Source: Myxococcales bacterium (GTDB lineage Bacteria; Myxococcota_A; Polyangia; Polyangiales; DASUME01). From it: a stretch of 64,000 nucleotides of DNA. The stretch spans positions 6,624,001 to 6,688,000 of the forward strand of contig JASGJH010000001.1 of NCBI GenBank assembly GCA_047601445.1, read 5' to 3'. The position numbers and the translations under genes were made by a program. The first letter of the stretch is position 1; each line of letters opens with the position of its first letter. The notes under the pieces were generated by a model. It did no database searches and was not told where the DNA came from. It was given only the letters and a program-made list of their open reading frames with translations. Shown in pieces: positions 12,693-23,673 of this stretch.

Positions 12693-13244
12693 ATGGCTGA
12701 GTACATTCCGCGGCTGAAGACGCACTACTCCGACAAGGTGGTGCCCGCGCTGAAGAAGCAGTTCACCTACAGTAGCCCGATGGAGGTTCCGCGCCTCGAG
12801 AAGATCGTGCTCAACATGGGTCTCGGCAGCGCTGTGCAGAACAGCAAGATCATCGAGGCGGCAGTGACCGAGCTCGGCATGATCGCCGGCCAGAAGCCTG
12901 TGGTCACGAAGGCCAAGAAGTCCATCGCCAGCTTCAAGCTGCGCGAGGGACAGGCCATCGGCGCCATGGTCACGCTCCGCAAGGACCGCATGTGGGAGTT
13001 CTTCGATCGTCTGGTCAGCTTCAGCCTGCCCCGCGTGCGCGATTTCCGCGGCGTGAGCAGCAAGGCCTTCGACGGTCGCGGCAACTACACGCTTGGTATC
13101 CGCGAGCAGATCGTGTTCCCCGAGATCGAGTACGACAAGGTCTCTAACATCCACGGCATGAACGTCTCGTTCGTCACCACCGCCAAGAACGATGAGCAGG
13201 GCCGCGCTCTGCTGACCGAACTCGGCATGCCGTTCCGCAAGTAA
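12693..13244 (+). CDS. rplE: 50S ribosomal protein L5
   Basis: [26 protein letters not shown]. Confidence 0.99.
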   Translation: MAEYIPRLKTHYSDKVVPALKKQFTYSSPMEVPRLEKIVLNMGLGSAVQNSKIIEAAVTELGMIAGQKPVVTKAKKSIASFKLREGQAIGAMVTLRKDRMWEFFDRLVSFSLPRVRDFRGVSSKAFDGRGNYTLGIREQIVFPEIEYDKVSNIHGMNVSFVTTAKNDEQGRALLTELGMPFRK

Positions 13245-13259
13245 GAAGAGAGAGCATCC

Positions 13260-13652
13260 ATGACGTCCGATCCCATCTCAGACATGCTCGCCCGCATTCG
13301 GAACGCCCAGCTCGCTCGCCTCGAGCGCGCGGAGATTCCGCTCTCCAAGCTCAAGCTTCACGTGGCCGAAGTGCTCAAGCGTGAAGGTTACGTGTCCGAC
13401 GTGCGCACCGAAGAGGGCATCCAGGGCAAGCTCGTGATCGTGCTCAAGTACGGTCAGGGTCACCAGGGCGCCATCGCTGGCATGCGTCGTCGCAGCCGCC
13501 CCGGCCGCCGCCTCTACATCGGCCACGACGAACTGCCCAAGGTCATGAATGGCCTCGGCATCGGCATCCTGTCGACGTCGCGCGGCATCATGACGGACAA
13601 AGACGCCCGCCGTGAGCAGATCGGTGGCGAGTTCCTGTGTGAGGTTTGGTGA
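13260..13652 (+). CDS. rpsH: 30S ribosomal protein S8
   Basis: DPISDMLARIRNA, SRPGRRLY, STSRGIM, GGEFLCEVW. Confidence 0.99.
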   Translation: MTSDPISDMLARIRNAQLARLERAEIPLSKLKLHVAEVLKREGYVSDVRTEEGIQGKLVIVLKYGQGHQGAIAGMRRRSRPGRRLYIGHDELPKVMNGLGIGILSTSRGIMTDKDARREQIGGEFLCEVW

Positions 13653-14257
13653 TGGAAACGGCACAAGAAAGCCAGCGCCAGTCTCGCGTCGGTAAGCGCC
13701 CTGTGGCTCTGCCCAAGGGTGTGGAAGTTACCGTCGACGCGACCTCGGTGAAGATCAAGGGCCCCAAGGGCTCGCTCGCTCGCACGCTGCCCCCGCTGGT
13801 CGCCGTCAAGAAGGACGGGGAGCAGCTGGTCATCAGCATCATCCCGAACGCCGGCGTCGAAGGTCCCAAGTTTCAGGGCCTCACCCGCGCGCTCGTGGCG
13901 AACATGGTGCAGGGCGTGTCGGCCGGTTACGCGCAGTCGCTCGACCTGTACGGCGTCGGCTATCGTGCGGAGCTCAAGGGCAAGGATCTCACCTTGTCCC
14001 TCGGCCTCTCCCACCAGGTGAAGTACCCGCTGCCCGCTTCGGTCAATGCCAAGGTCGAGATCCTCGACGAAGGTGGCACCAAGCGCCCGCGCATTCACCT
14101 CGATTCCTGTGACAAGGAACTCCTCGGCCAGGTGGCCGCTCGCATTCGCTCCTTCCGTCCGCCGGAACCCTACAAGGGCAAGGGCGTTCGTTACATGGGC
14201 GAGAAGATCAAGATGAAGGCTGGTAAGGCCGGTAAGACGGGCGCGAAGGGCAAGTAG
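13652..14257 (+). CDS. rplF: 50S ribosomal protein L6
   Basis: SRVGKRP, GVGYRA, RPPEPYKGKGVRY. Confidence 0.99.
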   Translation: METAQESQRQSRVGKRPVALPKGVEVTVDATSVKIKGPKGSLARTLPPLVAVKKDGEQLVISIIPNAGVEGPKFQGLTRALVANMVQGVSAGYAQSLDLYGVGYRAELKGKDLTLSLGLSHQVKYPLPASVNAKVEILDEGGTKRPRIHLDSCDKELLGQVAARIRSFRPPEPYKGKGVRYMGEKIKMKAGKAGKTGAKGK

Positions 14258-14324
14258 TCGAACGGGCGCACGGAGCGCCCTCTCGCACTAGGTTGCCATC
14301 GGCTCGCAAAAGATTGAGGACACC

Positions 14325-14681
14325 ATGGGTCAGACGAAAGAAGAAGGTCGCGCACGCCGCAAGCGTCGCATCCGCAAGAAGGTCTCGGGAGATGCGCAGC
14401 GTCCACGCCTCAGCGTGTTTCGCAGCACGAACCACATCTACGCCCAGGCCATCGACGACAGCACGGCCACCACGCTGGCGACCGTCTCGACCCTCAGCGA
14501 GGCGCTCAAGGGCGCCGAGGGAACCAAGACCGACGACGCCAAGGCCGTCGGTGCCGCGATTGCCAAGGTCCTGAAGGACAAGGGCATCGAGGCGGTGGTC
14601 TTCGATCGCAACGGCTACCTGTATCACGGTCGCGTGAAGGCGCTGGCCGAGGGCGCTCGCGAAGCGGGCCTCAAGTTCTAA
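14325..14681 (+). CDS. rplR: 50S ribosomal protein L18
   Basis: [27 protein letters not shown]. Confidence 0.99.
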   Translation: MGQTKEEGRARRKRRIRKKVSGDAQRPRLSVFRSTNHIYAQAIDDSTATTLATVSTLSEALKGAEGTKTDDAKAVGAAIAKVLKDKGIEAVVFDRNGYLYHGRVKALAEGAREAGLKF

Positions 14682-14705
14682 TCGGTCGGTCAGGAGAACT
14701 CTTCA

Positions 14706-15221
14706 ATGGCGTACATTGATCCCAATCAGCTCGAGGACCTCAAGGAGCGCGTGGTTCATATCAACCGCGTGGCCAAGGTCGTGAAGGGTGGCCGTCGCTT
14801 CGGCTTCAGCGCCTTGATCGTCGTCGGTGACGGCCACGGTCACGTGGGCGTGGGGCTGGGCAAGGCCAACGAGGTGCCCGACTCGATCCGCAAGGGCAAC
14901 GACCAGGCTCGTAAGGCGCTCCACAAGGTGCCGCTCGTGAACGGTTCCATCACCCACGAAGTGATCGGTCGTCACGGCTCGGCCCGCGTCATCCTCAAGC
15001 CTGCCAGCCCTGGAACGGGCGTGATCGCCGGCGGCGCTGTGCGCGCCGTCGTCGAAGCCGCGGGTATCCGCGACGTGTTGTCGAAGATCATCGGCACCAC
15101 CAACGCTCACAACGTCGTGCACGCCACGCTCGACGCCATGCGTCGGCTGGAAAACGCGGACGACGTTGCCCGTCGTCGCGGCGTGAGCGTCGAGCAGGTG
15201 CTCACCGGCAACGCTGGTTGA
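14706..15221 (+). CDS. rpsE: 30S ribosomal protein S5
   Basis: [22 protein letters not shown]. Confidence 0.99.
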   Translation: MAYIDPNQLEDLKERVVHINRVAKVVKGGRRFGFSALIVVGDGHGHVGVGLGKANEVPDSIRKGNDQARKALHKVPLVNGSITHEVIGRHGSARVILKPASPGTGVIAGGAVRAVVEAAGIRDVLSKIIGTTNAHNVVHATLDAMRRLENADDVARRRGVSVEQVLTGNAG

Positions 15222-15258
15222 GCCAAAAAGTTTTCATCCTCGGAACAGGAACTTGGCG

Positions 15259-15447
15259 ATGAAGCCCAAACTCAAGGTCACTCAAATCCGGAGCGGCGCC
15301 GGTCGCATCCCGAACCAGCGCAAGGTGCTGGCGGGGCTCGGCCTGCGCGGTCCGCACACGTCGGTCACGGTGGATAACACCCCGTCGTTCCGCGGCATGG
15401 TCAAGAAGGTGTTGCACCTTGTCACGGTGGAGGAGAGCGATGGCTGA
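15259..15447 (+). CDS. rpmD: 50S ribosomal protein L30
   Basis: LKVTQIRS, LGLR, RGMVKKVLHLV; position between rpsE and rplO. Confidence 0.96.
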   Translation: MKPKLKVTQIRSGAGRIPNQRKVLAGLGLRGPHTSVTVDNTPSFRGMVKKVLHLVTVEESDG

Positions 15448-15940
15448 GTCTCAAGAGAAGCGCGCTCCCATTCTGTCTCGCCTGCGCGCGCCCGAGGGTG
15501 CGGTCAAGGGCAAGCACCGAATCGGTCGTGGTATCGGCTCCGGCTGGGGCAAGACGGCGGGCAAGGGCCAGAAGGGTCAGAAGGCCCGCGGCACCATGAA
15601 GCGCCTCGGCTTCCAGGGCGGTCAGATGCCGCTCCAGCGCCGTTTGCCGAAGATCGGCTTCAACAACATCTTCGCCGTGAAGTACGCCCCGGTGAACGTG
15701 TGTGACCTCGACATCTTCCCTGCCGGCACCGCGATCGACGAGACCGCGCTGCGCGCTCAGCGCATCGTGCGCGGCAAGTGGGACGGCGTGAAGGTGCTCG
15801 CGGCCGGCGAGATCACCAAGGCCGTCAAGATCAAGGTCAACGCCATCAGCGCGGCGGCCAAGGAAAAGATCGAGAAGGCCGGCGGCAGCGTGGAGCTGAT
15901 TCCGCGCGTCGAGCCCGGGCCCCGCAAGGCTCACGGCTGA
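15440..15940 (+). CDS. rplO: 50S ribosomal protein L15
   Basis: GRGIGSGWGKTAGKGQKGQKAR, GGQMPLQRRLPK. Confidence 0.98.
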   Translation: MAESQEKRAPILSRLRAPEGAVKGKHRIGRGIGSGWGKTAGKGQKGQKARGTMKRLGFQGGQMPLQRRLPKIGFNNIFAVKYAPVNVCDLDIFPAGTAIDETALRAQRIVRGKWDGVKVLAAGEITKAVKIKVNAISAAAKEKIEKAGGSVELIPRVEPGPRKAHG

Positions 15941-16016
15941 AGGATCCAACACAGGCGGTTCGCCGCCCGTGAGCACGGAAGGCCGCTTCGCGCAGTAGCG
16001 CCAGGCGACACGAAGG

Positions 16017-17342
16017 GTGGAACAGTTGAGCATCTTCGCCAACATCGGCAAGGTACCCGAGCTGCGGCGCCGCATCTTCTTCACGGTGGGGATGCTGGCG
16101 GTCTACCGCATCGGCATCTTCGTCACGACCCCTGGTGTCGACCGTAACGTGATGAAGTCGATCGTGGCCGATCAGAGCGCCACGTTCCTTGGCATGTTCA
16201 ACATGTTCTCGGGCGGTGCGCTCGAGCAGCTGTCGATCTTCGCCCTCGGCATCATGCCCTACGTCTCGGCGAGCATCATCCTGCAGCTCATGACCGTGGT
16301 CGTGAAGCCGCTCGAGGAGCTCCGCAAGGAAGGCGAGGCGGGTCAGCGCAAGATCAATCAGTACACGCGCTACGGCACGGTCGTGATCAGCATCGTGCAG
16401 AGCACGGGTCTCGCGATGTACTTCGAGGGCCTCAACGGCTCCACGCAGTACGGCGACGTGGTGCGCGAGCCCGGCTGGGGCTTCCGCCTGATGACCATGA
16501 TCTCCCTCACCACGGGCACCGCCTTCATCATGTGGCTGGGTGAGCAGATCAGCGAGCGCGGCATCGGCAACGGTACCTCGATGATCATCTTCGCGGGTAT
16601 CTGCGCAGACCTTCCAGACGCGCTGTTCCGCACCGCCTCGCTGCTCAAGACCAGCGAGAGCTTGCAGCCGGTGGACCTGCTGCTCGTGGTGGCCATCTGC
16701 GTGGCCATCGTGTGGATCATCTGCCGCGTCGAGCGCGCTCAGCGCCGCATCCCCATCCACTACGCGCGCCGCATGGTCGGTCGCAAGATGTACGGCGGCC
16801 AGACCTCGCACTTGCCGCTGCGCGTGAACATGGCGGGCGTGATCGCCCCCATCTTCGCATCCTCGCTTCTGCTCTTCCCCTCCACCCTGCAGCGCTTGAA
16901 CTTGCCGGGCATGGAGTGGGTCACGAACGCGCTGCAGCCCGGTAGCTGGGCCTACCTGGTCGTGTTCGTGCTGATGATCGTCTTCTTCTCCTTCTTCTAC
17001 ACCTCGGTGACCTTCCAGCCCGTGGAAGTCGCCGACAACTTGAAGAAGCAGAACGCCTTCATCCCGGGGATTCGTCCTGGCAAGAGCACGGCCGACTACA
17101 TCGATCGCATCGCCATGCGCCTGACGGCCGGCGGCGCGCTCTATGTCGCCCTGGTCTGCACCATCCCCTCGCTACTCCAGTCGTACTTCCACGTGCCGTT
17201 CTACTTCGGCGGCACATCAATCATGATCGTGGTGGGCGTCGCCCTCGACACCGTGCAGCAGGTGGAGTCCTACCTGATCACGCGCCACTACGAAGGTCTC
17301 ACCGGCCCACGCGGCCCGCGCATTCGCGCGCGAAAGGGGTGA
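16017..17342 (+). CDS. secY: Preprotein translocase subunit SecY
   Basis: [39 protein letters not shown]. Confidence 0.99.
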   Translation: MEQLSIFANIGKVPELRRRIFFTVGMLAVYRIGIFVTTPGVDRNVMKSIVADQSATFLGMFNMFSGGALEQLSIFALGIMPYVSASIILQLMTVVVKPLEELRKEGEAGQRKINQYTRYGTVVISIVQSTGLAMYFEGLNGSTQYGDVVREPGWGFRLMTMISLTTGTAFIMWLGEQISERGIGNGTSMIIFAGICADLPDALFRTASLLKTSESLQPVDLLLVVAICVAIVWIICRVERAQRRIPIHYARRMVGRKMYGGQTSHLPLRVNMAGVIAPIFASSLLLFPSTLQRLNLPGMEWVTNALQPGSWAYLVVFVLMIVFFSFFYTSVTFQPVEVADNLKKQNAFIPGIRPGKSTADYIDRIAMRLTAGGALYVALVCTIPSLLQSYFHVPFYFGGTSIMIVVGVALDTVQQVESYLITRHYEGLTGPRGPRIRARKG

Positions 17343-17345
17343 CAC

Positions 17346-17975
17346 GTGGATCTGGTCTTGTTCGGACCGCCCGGAGCAGGCAAGGGCACCCAGGCCAAGC
17401 GCCTCGTGGAATTGCTCAAGATTCCGCAGATTTCGACCGGTGACATGATGCGCGCCGAGCGCGCCGCCGGCACCGAACTCGGCAAGCGTTTCGATAGCTT
17501 CATGTCGCAGGGCCTGCTCGTTCCCGACGAGCTGGTGCTCGAGCTGATCCAGCAGCGCATCACCCAGTCCGACTGCGAAAACGGAGCAATTTTCGACGGT
17601 TACCCGCGTACCGTGGCGCAGGCCGAGGCCTTCGACGCGATGCTCGCCAAGCTCGGCCGCAAGATCGACAAGGTGATCTCCATGGAGGTCCCTCTCGAGG
17701 AGATGGTTGAGCGCGCTGTGGGGCGACGTATCCACGAAGAGACTGGACGCATCTACCATCTGCGCTATGATCCGCCCCCCCAAGGTCTCGAGGGGAAATT
17801 GGTGCAGCGAAAGGACGACACCGAAGAGGTGGTCCGGAAGCGCTTCACCGAATACGACGACAAGACCCGCCCGGTGCTCGGCTACTACACGACACGGGGC
17901 CTGGTCGGCGCAGTCAACGGGGTAGGTACCCTCGACGAGGTTACCGCCCGCATCCGAGCAGCCCTCAACGTTTGA
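17346..17975 (+). CDS. adk: Adenylate kinase
   Basis: GPPGAGKGTQA, STGDMMR, DGYPRT. Confidence 0.98.
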   Translation: MDLVLFGPPGAGKGTQAKRLVELLKIPQISTGDMMRAERAAGTELGKRFDSFMSQGLLVPDELVLELIQQRITQSDCENGAIFDGYPRTVAQAEAFDAMLAKLGRKIDKVISMEVPLEEMVERAVGRRIHEETGRIYHLRYDPPPQGLEGKLVQRKDDTEEVVRKRFTEYDDKTRPVLGYYTTRGLVGAVNGVGTLDEVTARIRAALNV

Positions 17976-18044
17976 GGCTGCATTCGCAGAGGATCGCACG
18001 CCCACCCGAGTTTGGGTGGGGAGTTCTGGAGAAGATTACGCAGA

Positions 18045-18254
18045 GTGTCCGCTGGCAGAGAGATTGAAGGCACGGTAGAGCTGGCCCTTCCGAAGGGGCT
18101 CTACCGGGTCCGCTGCGACGATGGCAGTAACATCGTGGCATCCCTCGGCGGCGTCGCTCGACAAGTTACGGTCAAAATCATCCCCGGGGATCGGGTGTTG
18201 CTAGAGATTTCAGCGTTCGATCCCACGCGTGCTCGCATCAAGAGCCGCATCTAG
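18045..18254 (+). CDS. infA: Divergent translation initiation factor IF-1-like protein
   Basis: EGTV..LP...YRV, PGDRV, D.TRARI pattern; size about 69 aa; syntenic position before rpmJ; start uncertain. Confidence 0.75.
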   Translation: MSAGREIEGTVELALPKGLYRVRCDDGSNIVASLGGVARQVTVKIIPGDRVLLEISAFDPTRARIKSRI

Positions 18255-18312
18255 GGGCCCCGCGAGGGGCAAAGACGATGACCCGCAAGATGGAACCGAC
18301 AGAGGCACGATC

Positions 18313-18426
18313 ATGAAGGTACGCCCGAGCGTCAAAAAGGTCTGCGACAAGTGCAAGGTGATCCGCCGCAAGGGTGTGCTCCGGGTCATTTGCGAGAATC
18401 CGCGCCACAAGCAGCGGCAGGGTTGA
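18313..18426 (+). CDS. rpmJ: 50S ribosomal protein L36 (Zn-binding form)
   Basis: [14 protein letters not shown]...[11 protein letters not shown]. Confidence 0.99.
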   Translation: MKVRPSVKKVCDKCKVIRRKGVLRVICENPRHKQRQG

Positions 18427-18440
18427 GGGAGAGCTGAATC

Positions 18441-18803
18441 ATGGCCCGTATTGCAGGCGTAGACCTTCCCCCGCGCAAGCACGTCACCATCGCGCTTCGC
18501 TACATCTATGGAATTGGCCCCGCGAAGGCCAAGGCCATCTGCGTGGCTACCGGTATCCCGGAGAACCGCAAGACCGAGGAGCTCACGGAAGGCGACATCA
18601 AGCGCATCCGCGAATACCTCGATGCCAACGTGCGTGTGGAAGGTGACCTCCGCCGCGACGTGGCCATGGACATCAAGCGCCAGATGGACCTCGGCACCTA
18701 CCGTGGCCTCCGCCACCGTCGTGGCCTGCCGGTCCGTGGTCAGCGTACCAAGACCAACTCGCGCACCCGCAAGGGTCCGCGTCGTGGCGCAACCCGCCGC
18801 TGA
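18441..18803 (+). CDS. rpsM: 30S ribosomal protein S13
   Basis: [28 protein letters not shown]. Confidence 0.99.
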   Translation: MARIAGVDLPPRKHVTIALRYIYGIGPAKAKAICVATGIPENRKTEELTEGDIKRIREYLDANVRVEGDLRRDVAMDIKRQMDLGTYRGLRHRRGLPVRGQRTKTNSRTRKGPRRGATRR

Positions 18804-18879
18804 GATTGGGGCCGCTCGGCCCCTAGGAATTTAGGGCACGCAATGAACCGTGTCCGTTGAGTGAGAGACAAGGTAGACG

Positions 18880-19266
18880 ATGGCAAATCCGAAGGCCGTT
18901 AAGAAGAAGGTCAAGAAGAACGTCGCGACTGGCATCGCGCACATTCAGTCGACCTTCAACAACACGATCGTGACCGTCACGGACATCCAAGGGAACGTGG
19001 TGGCCTGGTCGAGTTCGGGTTCGAGCAACTTCAAGGGCTCGCGCAAGAGCACGCCCTTCGCCGCGCAGATCGCTGCCGAGAACGCAGCTCGCAAGGCGCA
19101 GGAGCACGGCATGCGCTCGCTTGCCATCTTCGTGAACGGCCCGGGCGCCGGACGTGAGTCCGCGCTGCGCGCGTTCCAGATCGTCGGCATGAAGATCACG
19201 CTCATCCGTGATGTCACGCCCATCCCCCACAACGGCTGCCGCCCGCCCAAGCGTCGTCGCGTCTGA
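18880..19266 (+). CDS. rpsK: 30S ribosomal protein S11
   Basis: [35 protein letters not shown]. Confidence 0.99.
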   Translation: MANPKAVKKKVKKNVATGIAHIQSTFNNTIVTVTDIQGNVVAWSSSGSSNFKGSRKSTPFAAQIAAENAARKAQEHGMRSLAIFVNGPGAGRESALRAFQIVGMKITLIRDVTPIPHNGCRPPKRRRV

Positions 19267-19289
19267 GTAACAGGTAGAAGGATTATCCA

Positions 19290-19916
19290 ATGGCTCGTTA
19301 TATCGGACCCGTTTGCCGTCTCTGCCGCCGCGAAGGCACCAAGCTCTTCCTCAAGGGCGACCGCTGTTTCACCGACAAGTGCGCGGTGGACCGTCGTCCT
19401 TACCCGCCCGGTCAGCACGGCCAGCGTCGCACCAAGTTCACCGAGTACGGCATCCGTCTGCGCGAGAAGCAGAAGGTGTCCCGCATCTACGGCATCTTGG
19501 AGCGTCAGTTCCGCAAGTACTTCAAGGAAGCTGACCGCGGCAAGGGCGTGACCGGTGAGACGCTGCTCTCGCTGCTCGAGCGTCGCCTCGACAACACCTG
19601 CTACCGTCTCGGTTTCGCGGCGACCCGCGCCGAGGCTCGCCACCTGGTCCGCCACAAGCACGTGTCGGTCAACGGCCGCGCCGTCAACATCCCCTCGTTC
19701 CGCGTGAAGCCGGGCGACAAGGTGGAGGTCCGTGAGGCCAGCCGCAAGATGGCGCGCGTGGCCAGTGCGCTGGACGCCGCTGAGAAGCGTGGCATCCCGA
19801 GCTGGCTCGACCTGAACCGCGGCGAGTTCGCGGGCACGGTCAAGACCATGCCGGTCCGCGAAGAGATCACGCTGCCCATCCAGGAGCAGCTCATCGTTGA
19901 GTTCTACTCGCGCTAA
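19290..19916 (+). CDS. rpsD: 30S ribosomal protein S4 (Zn-binding form)
   Basis: [31 protein letters not shown]. Confidence 0.99.
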   Translation: MARYIGPVCRLCRREGTKLFLKGDRCFTDKCAVDRRPYPPGQHGQRRTKFTEYGIRLREKQKVSRIYGILERQFRKYFKEADRGKGVTGETLLSLLERRLDNTCYRLGFAATRAEARHLVRHKHVSVNGRAVNIPSFRVKPGDKVEVREASRKMARVASALDAAEKRGIPSWLDLNRGEFAGTVKTMPVREEITLPIQEQLIVEFYSR

Positions 19917-19998
19917 TTAGCCAGCTCCGCAGGAGCGGCGTAGGGTGGGCGCCCTTGGCGAGAGAACGCCGAAGACCCAATAGCTTTTGTTTCGAATC

Positions 19999-20026
19999 TT
20001 GCTTGCGCGCGGGCCCCTATTATAGC
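19999..20026 (+). promoter_or_regulatory. Possible internal sigma70-like promoter for rpoA
   Basis: TTGCTT, 16-nt spacer, TATAGC in a 148-bp AT-richer spacer. Confidence 0.35.
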
Positions 20027-20064
20027 CCGCCCGCTTCGACCCCTTCGGGGTCTCAGGAGAGCAC

Positions 20065-21090
20065 ATGAGCACGTCGCAGATGGTGGCCCGCAATTGGCGT
20101 GACCTGATCCGACCGAAGTCCCTTTCGGTGGAGCAAGAGACGCTTACGCCCACGTATGGCCGCTTCGTTTGTGAACCCCTCGAGCGCGGCTTCGGCATCA
20201 CGCTGGGCAACTCGCTTCGTCGCGTGCTCCTGTCCTCGCTGCAGGGCGCTGCCATCACCGCCGTCAAGATCGACGGCGCGCTTCATGAGTTCACCTCGGT
20301 TCCTGACGTCGTCGAGGACGTGACCACCATCGTGCTCAACCTCAAGGAGGTTGTGGTGCGTGCCCACAGTCCGCGTACGCACGTGGTGCGTATCGAGAAG
20401 GACGGGCCCTGTGAGGTCAAGGGTGGCGACATCCAGACCGGCGACCAGATCGAAGTGCTCAACCCTGACCACGTCATCTGCACGGTGTCCAAGGGCGGCC
20501 GTTTCTCGGCGGAGCTCACCATCACGGTGGGTCGCGGTTACGTCCCCTCCGAGCGCACCAAGCAGCCCGGACAGCCCATCGGTACCATCGCCATCGACGG
20601 CCTCTACTCGCCGCTTCGCAAGGTCAACTACACGGTGACCAATGCGCGCGTCGGCCAGATGACCGACTACGACAAGCTCACCCTCGAGGTGTGGACCGAC
20701 GGCTCCGTGAAGCCGCAGGACTCGGTGGCCTACGCCGCCAAGATCCTGAAGGACCAGCTCACCATCTTCATCAACTTCGAAGAGGAGCCCGAGGCGACCA
20801 CTTCGGTGAAGGAAGAGGACGAGCCCCTCAACGAGAATCTGTTCCGCTCGGTGGAAGAGCTCGAGCTCTCGGTTCGCTCGGCCAACTGCCTGCAGAACGC
20901 CAACATCCACCTCATCGGTGAGCTCGTGCAGCGCACCGAGAGCGAGATGCTGAAGACGAAGAACTTCGGTCGCAAGTCCTTGAAGGAGATCAAGGAAATC
21001 CTTGCCGACATGGGGCTCTCGCTCGGCATGCGCATCGACAACTGGCCGCAGATGCTGGAGCGCTGGAAGCAGCAGCAGTCCGCCGGCTGA
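20065..21090 (+). CDS. rpoA: RNA polymerase alpha subunit
   Basis: [40 protein letters not shown]. Confidence 0.99.
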   Translation: MSTSQMVARNWRDLIRPKSLSVEQETLTPTYGRFVCEPLERGFGITLGNSLRRVLLSSLQGAAITAVKIDGALHEFTSVPDVVEDVTTIVLNLKEVVVRAHSPRTHVVRIEKDGPCEVKGGDIQTGDQIEVLNPDHVICTVSKGGRFSAELTITVGRGYVPSERTKQPGQPIGTIAIDGLYSPLRKVNYTVTNARVGQMTDYDKLTLEVWTDGSVKPQDSVAYAAKILKDQLTIFINFEEEPEATTSVKEEDEPLNENLFRSVEELELSVRSANCLQNANIHLIGELVQRTESEMLKTKNFGRKSLKEIKEILADMGLSLGMRIDNWPQMLERWKQQQSAG

Positions 21091-21154
21091 TTTAGTGGAA
21101 GCTCGTAGCAGCGAGCAAAGTTAGAGCGGCGGGAGCCGCGAGGAACTAGGTATC

Positions 21155-21625
21155 ATGCGTCATCTCAAGGCAGGCCGGAAGTTTGGCCGTAACACCAGCC
21201 ATCGTCGTGCGATGTTCCGCAACCTTGCGGCCAACTTGGTGCTCCACGAGCGCATCGAGACCACGGACGCCAAGGCCAAGGAGCTGCGTCGCATCGCGGA
21301 GCGCCTGATCACGCGTGCCACGCGTCTCGGTGACGGCCTCACCGCCGACGTGTCCAAGCTGCCCGAGGCGGAGAAGCAGGCTTTGCTTGCTCGCCGCGTG
21401 CACGCGCAGCGTCTCGTCGCTCGCTTCCTGCCGCGCAATGTGGTCAAGGAAGTCGAGGGCGGCGAGCAGGTCGAGGTCGACCTCGTGTACAAGCTGTTCC
21501 ACGAGATCGCGCCCCGCTACATGGAGCGCGTCAAGGCTGGCAAGGGCGGCGGCTACACCCGCATCGTCAAGGTCGGTCCCCGCCGCGGCGACAACGCCCC
21601 GATCTCCATCATCGAGTTCGTCTGA
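21155..21625 (+). CDS. rplQ: 50S ribosomal protein L17 (internally expanded)
   Basis: [30 protein letters not shown]. Confidence 0.98.
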   Translation: MRHLKAGRKFGRNTSHRRAMFRNLAANLVLHERIETTDAKAKELRRIAERLITRATRLGDGLTADVSKLPEAEKQALLARRVHAQRLVARFLPRNVVKEVEGGEQVEVDLVYKLFHEIAPRYMERVKAGKGGGYTRIVKVGPRRGDNAPISIIEFV

Positions 21626-21883
21626 GTGTCGTAGCGTCGGGCCGGCCAGCTCGACGTTCAGACTAGGCGAGCGCTCCTCCTGCAGGGAGGGCAAGAACGG
21701 GCACCCCAGGGGTGCCTGTTCACGTTTAAAGGCGCTGCGCGGGACGAGCGCGTGCCCGGCCAGGGTACGACGGCGCTGATCCTCGCGGGAATTGTCGTGG
21801 CCTGCACGAGCGGACGCTCGTAGACAAGCGTCACCGTTGCATGTGCGTCACGGACTAGCCAACTTAGTCCGCGGAGGAGTCCA

Positions 21884-23377
21884 GTGTCTGGTCTGGCGTA
21901 CTACCGATCTTACTGGGGAGTGCTCGTCTCCCTGGCTTTGCTCGGCATTTCCATCGCGCTCGTGCAGCCCACCCACTTCGTGCCTGACGAGGGCAATCAC
22001 TGGGGCTCCGGCCACGCGCGACTCGAGCGCATGTTCGGGCGCGAAGGCTGCGTGCCCACGCTGCCGATTCACCCTGAAATTCGGCAATCGGGACATACCC
22101 TGGCGCGCTACCCAGCGGGGGACTTGGTCTGCGAGTTCGAGTGGAAGATGTACGGCGACGCGCTCACCTATCCGGGGGTGCTGCTCTCCAAGCTGATCTT
22201 GCCGCACCAGGCCCAATCGGCCGTCCGCCAGCTACAGGGCTTCATGCTCTCGCGTCTGCTGCAGGGCCTCATGGTCCTCATCTGCCTGAGCAGGCTCGGC
22301 TTTCTTTCCCGCGCCGGGCGTCGCAGCGGTCCCTTGCTCGTGGGTGCCTTTGCGCTGTCGCCGCTGCTCGCGCAGCAGGCCTTCGGGATCTCTTCGGATG
22401 GGGTTCAGCTGTGTTTCGCGGTGTGTTTGGCGGCCGCGATCTTGTTTTGGGAACGTCTGACCTGGCTCGACGCGGGGTTGTTCTTGGTGATGGCGTGGGG
22501 AGCGGCGTCCAAGCCCTTCCTGCTCATGGTGGCCTTGCCTGCGCTGCTGGTGGCTTTCCTCTACGGGCGCGTTCGCGGCGCCGAACCCATGGGGCTGCGC
22601 GCGCTCGGCCAGGGGGGCTGGCAGCTTATCAAGCCCACGCGTCGGCCTTCGCCCCAGAACGTGATCGCGTGGTCGGTCGTCGTGCACTACCTGGCCGCCG
22701 TCTACTTTGCCATCGACTTCCAGCGGCCAGGAACGCCCGGTGTCCGCGTGGTAGGCAACCGGGCCGGGGTGGACCCGGGCGCGCAGTTTCGGGGCCTTTT
22801 CGAGCAGCCCGATTCGCTCATCGACCTCATTCGGAGCCTGCCGTTCTCGCCGTTCAAGCTGGCCGACTACGTGGGGTTGCTGGGGCAGCTCGATACCCGG
22901 ATGTCGGCCGCGGTTTCCAATACCTACGTCCGCTTCGTGCTGTTCGCGCTGCTCATCGAAGTCGCGCTCCTGGTGCGGTCGTTTCGGGCGCTACCCGCCG
23001 CGGAGCGAGCGCAGCGCTGGCGACGTGCCCCGTGGGCGAGCCTCGGGATTTTCCTGGGCGGTCTGGGAGCCCTGGGCAATGTGGTCTTCGTGGTGGCGGT
23101 GCTCTACGCGATGTGGACACCGGTCGGGCTCCCCATCGCCGAGGGGGTGCAGATACGCTACTGGTTCGCCTCCAACATCGTGCTGCTGGCCGCGTTTGCG
23201 GGCGGACTCGATGTGATGTTCGGGGCGAAGCCGGAGCCGCAGGCACGGGACGACGCAGCCATCGCCGGCTCGCGCTGGGCCGCACTGCTCGCTAGCAGCG
23301 CCCCGGCTTTGGTACTCGCGCTGACGCTTCCTTATGTGGCCCGGGTCTTCGTCGACCTGGTCAGGCGCTACGGCTGA
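21884..23377 (+). CDS. DUF2142-like multi-TM protein (putative GT-C glycosyltransferase)
   Basis: PDEGNH after the first TM, many TM helices, GVQIRYW near the C-terminus (resembles GVQGRYF). Confidence 0.7.
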   Translation: MSGLAYYRSYWGVLVSLALLGISIALVQPTHFVPDEGNHWGSGHARLERMFGREGCVPTLPIHPEIRQSGHTLARYPAGDLVCEFEWKMYGDALTYPGVLLSKLILPHQAQSAVRQLQGFMLSRLLQGLMVLICLSRLGFLSRAGRRSGPLLVGAFALSPLLAQQAFGISSDGVQLCFAVCLAAAILFWERLTWLDAGLFLVMAWGAASKPFLLMVALPALLVAFLYGRVRGAEPMGLRALGQGGWQLIKPTRRPSPQNVIAWSVVVHYLAAVYFAIDFQRPGTPGVRVVGNRAGVDPGAQFRGLFEQPDSLIDLIRSLPFSPFKLADYVGLLGQLDTRMSAAVSNTYVRFVLFALLIEVALLVRSFRALPAAERAQRWRRAPWASLGIFLGGLGALGNVVFVVAVLYAMWTPVGLPIAEGVQIRYWFASNIVLLAAFAGGLDVMFGAKPEPQARDDAAIAGSRWAALLASSAPALVLALTLPYVARVFVDLVRRYG

Positions 23378-23673
23378 CGGCCCCTCGAGCATGGGTGGCT
23401 CGGGTCGAAACCCGTTTCACCCCGTAGGACTCGGGCGAAAAGCAGCATTGCGCGTCAGATATGGAATCGAAAGCACCGGTCCAGTCGTTCTGCTGGGTTG
23501 GTCGGCCTGGGCTCGGTCCAGTGGTTGATGCGGTCGAGTGGCCCATCGAGCCGGAGCGCTTCTCACGGTGGGCGTGCGTTCACTTCGGCCGCAAGCGCTT
23601 CTTGGATCGCCAGCAGGGCATTTACGACTCACGTGGGGGGGCGTGCGGGATGAGAGCAGCGGAGCGTGCCAGG

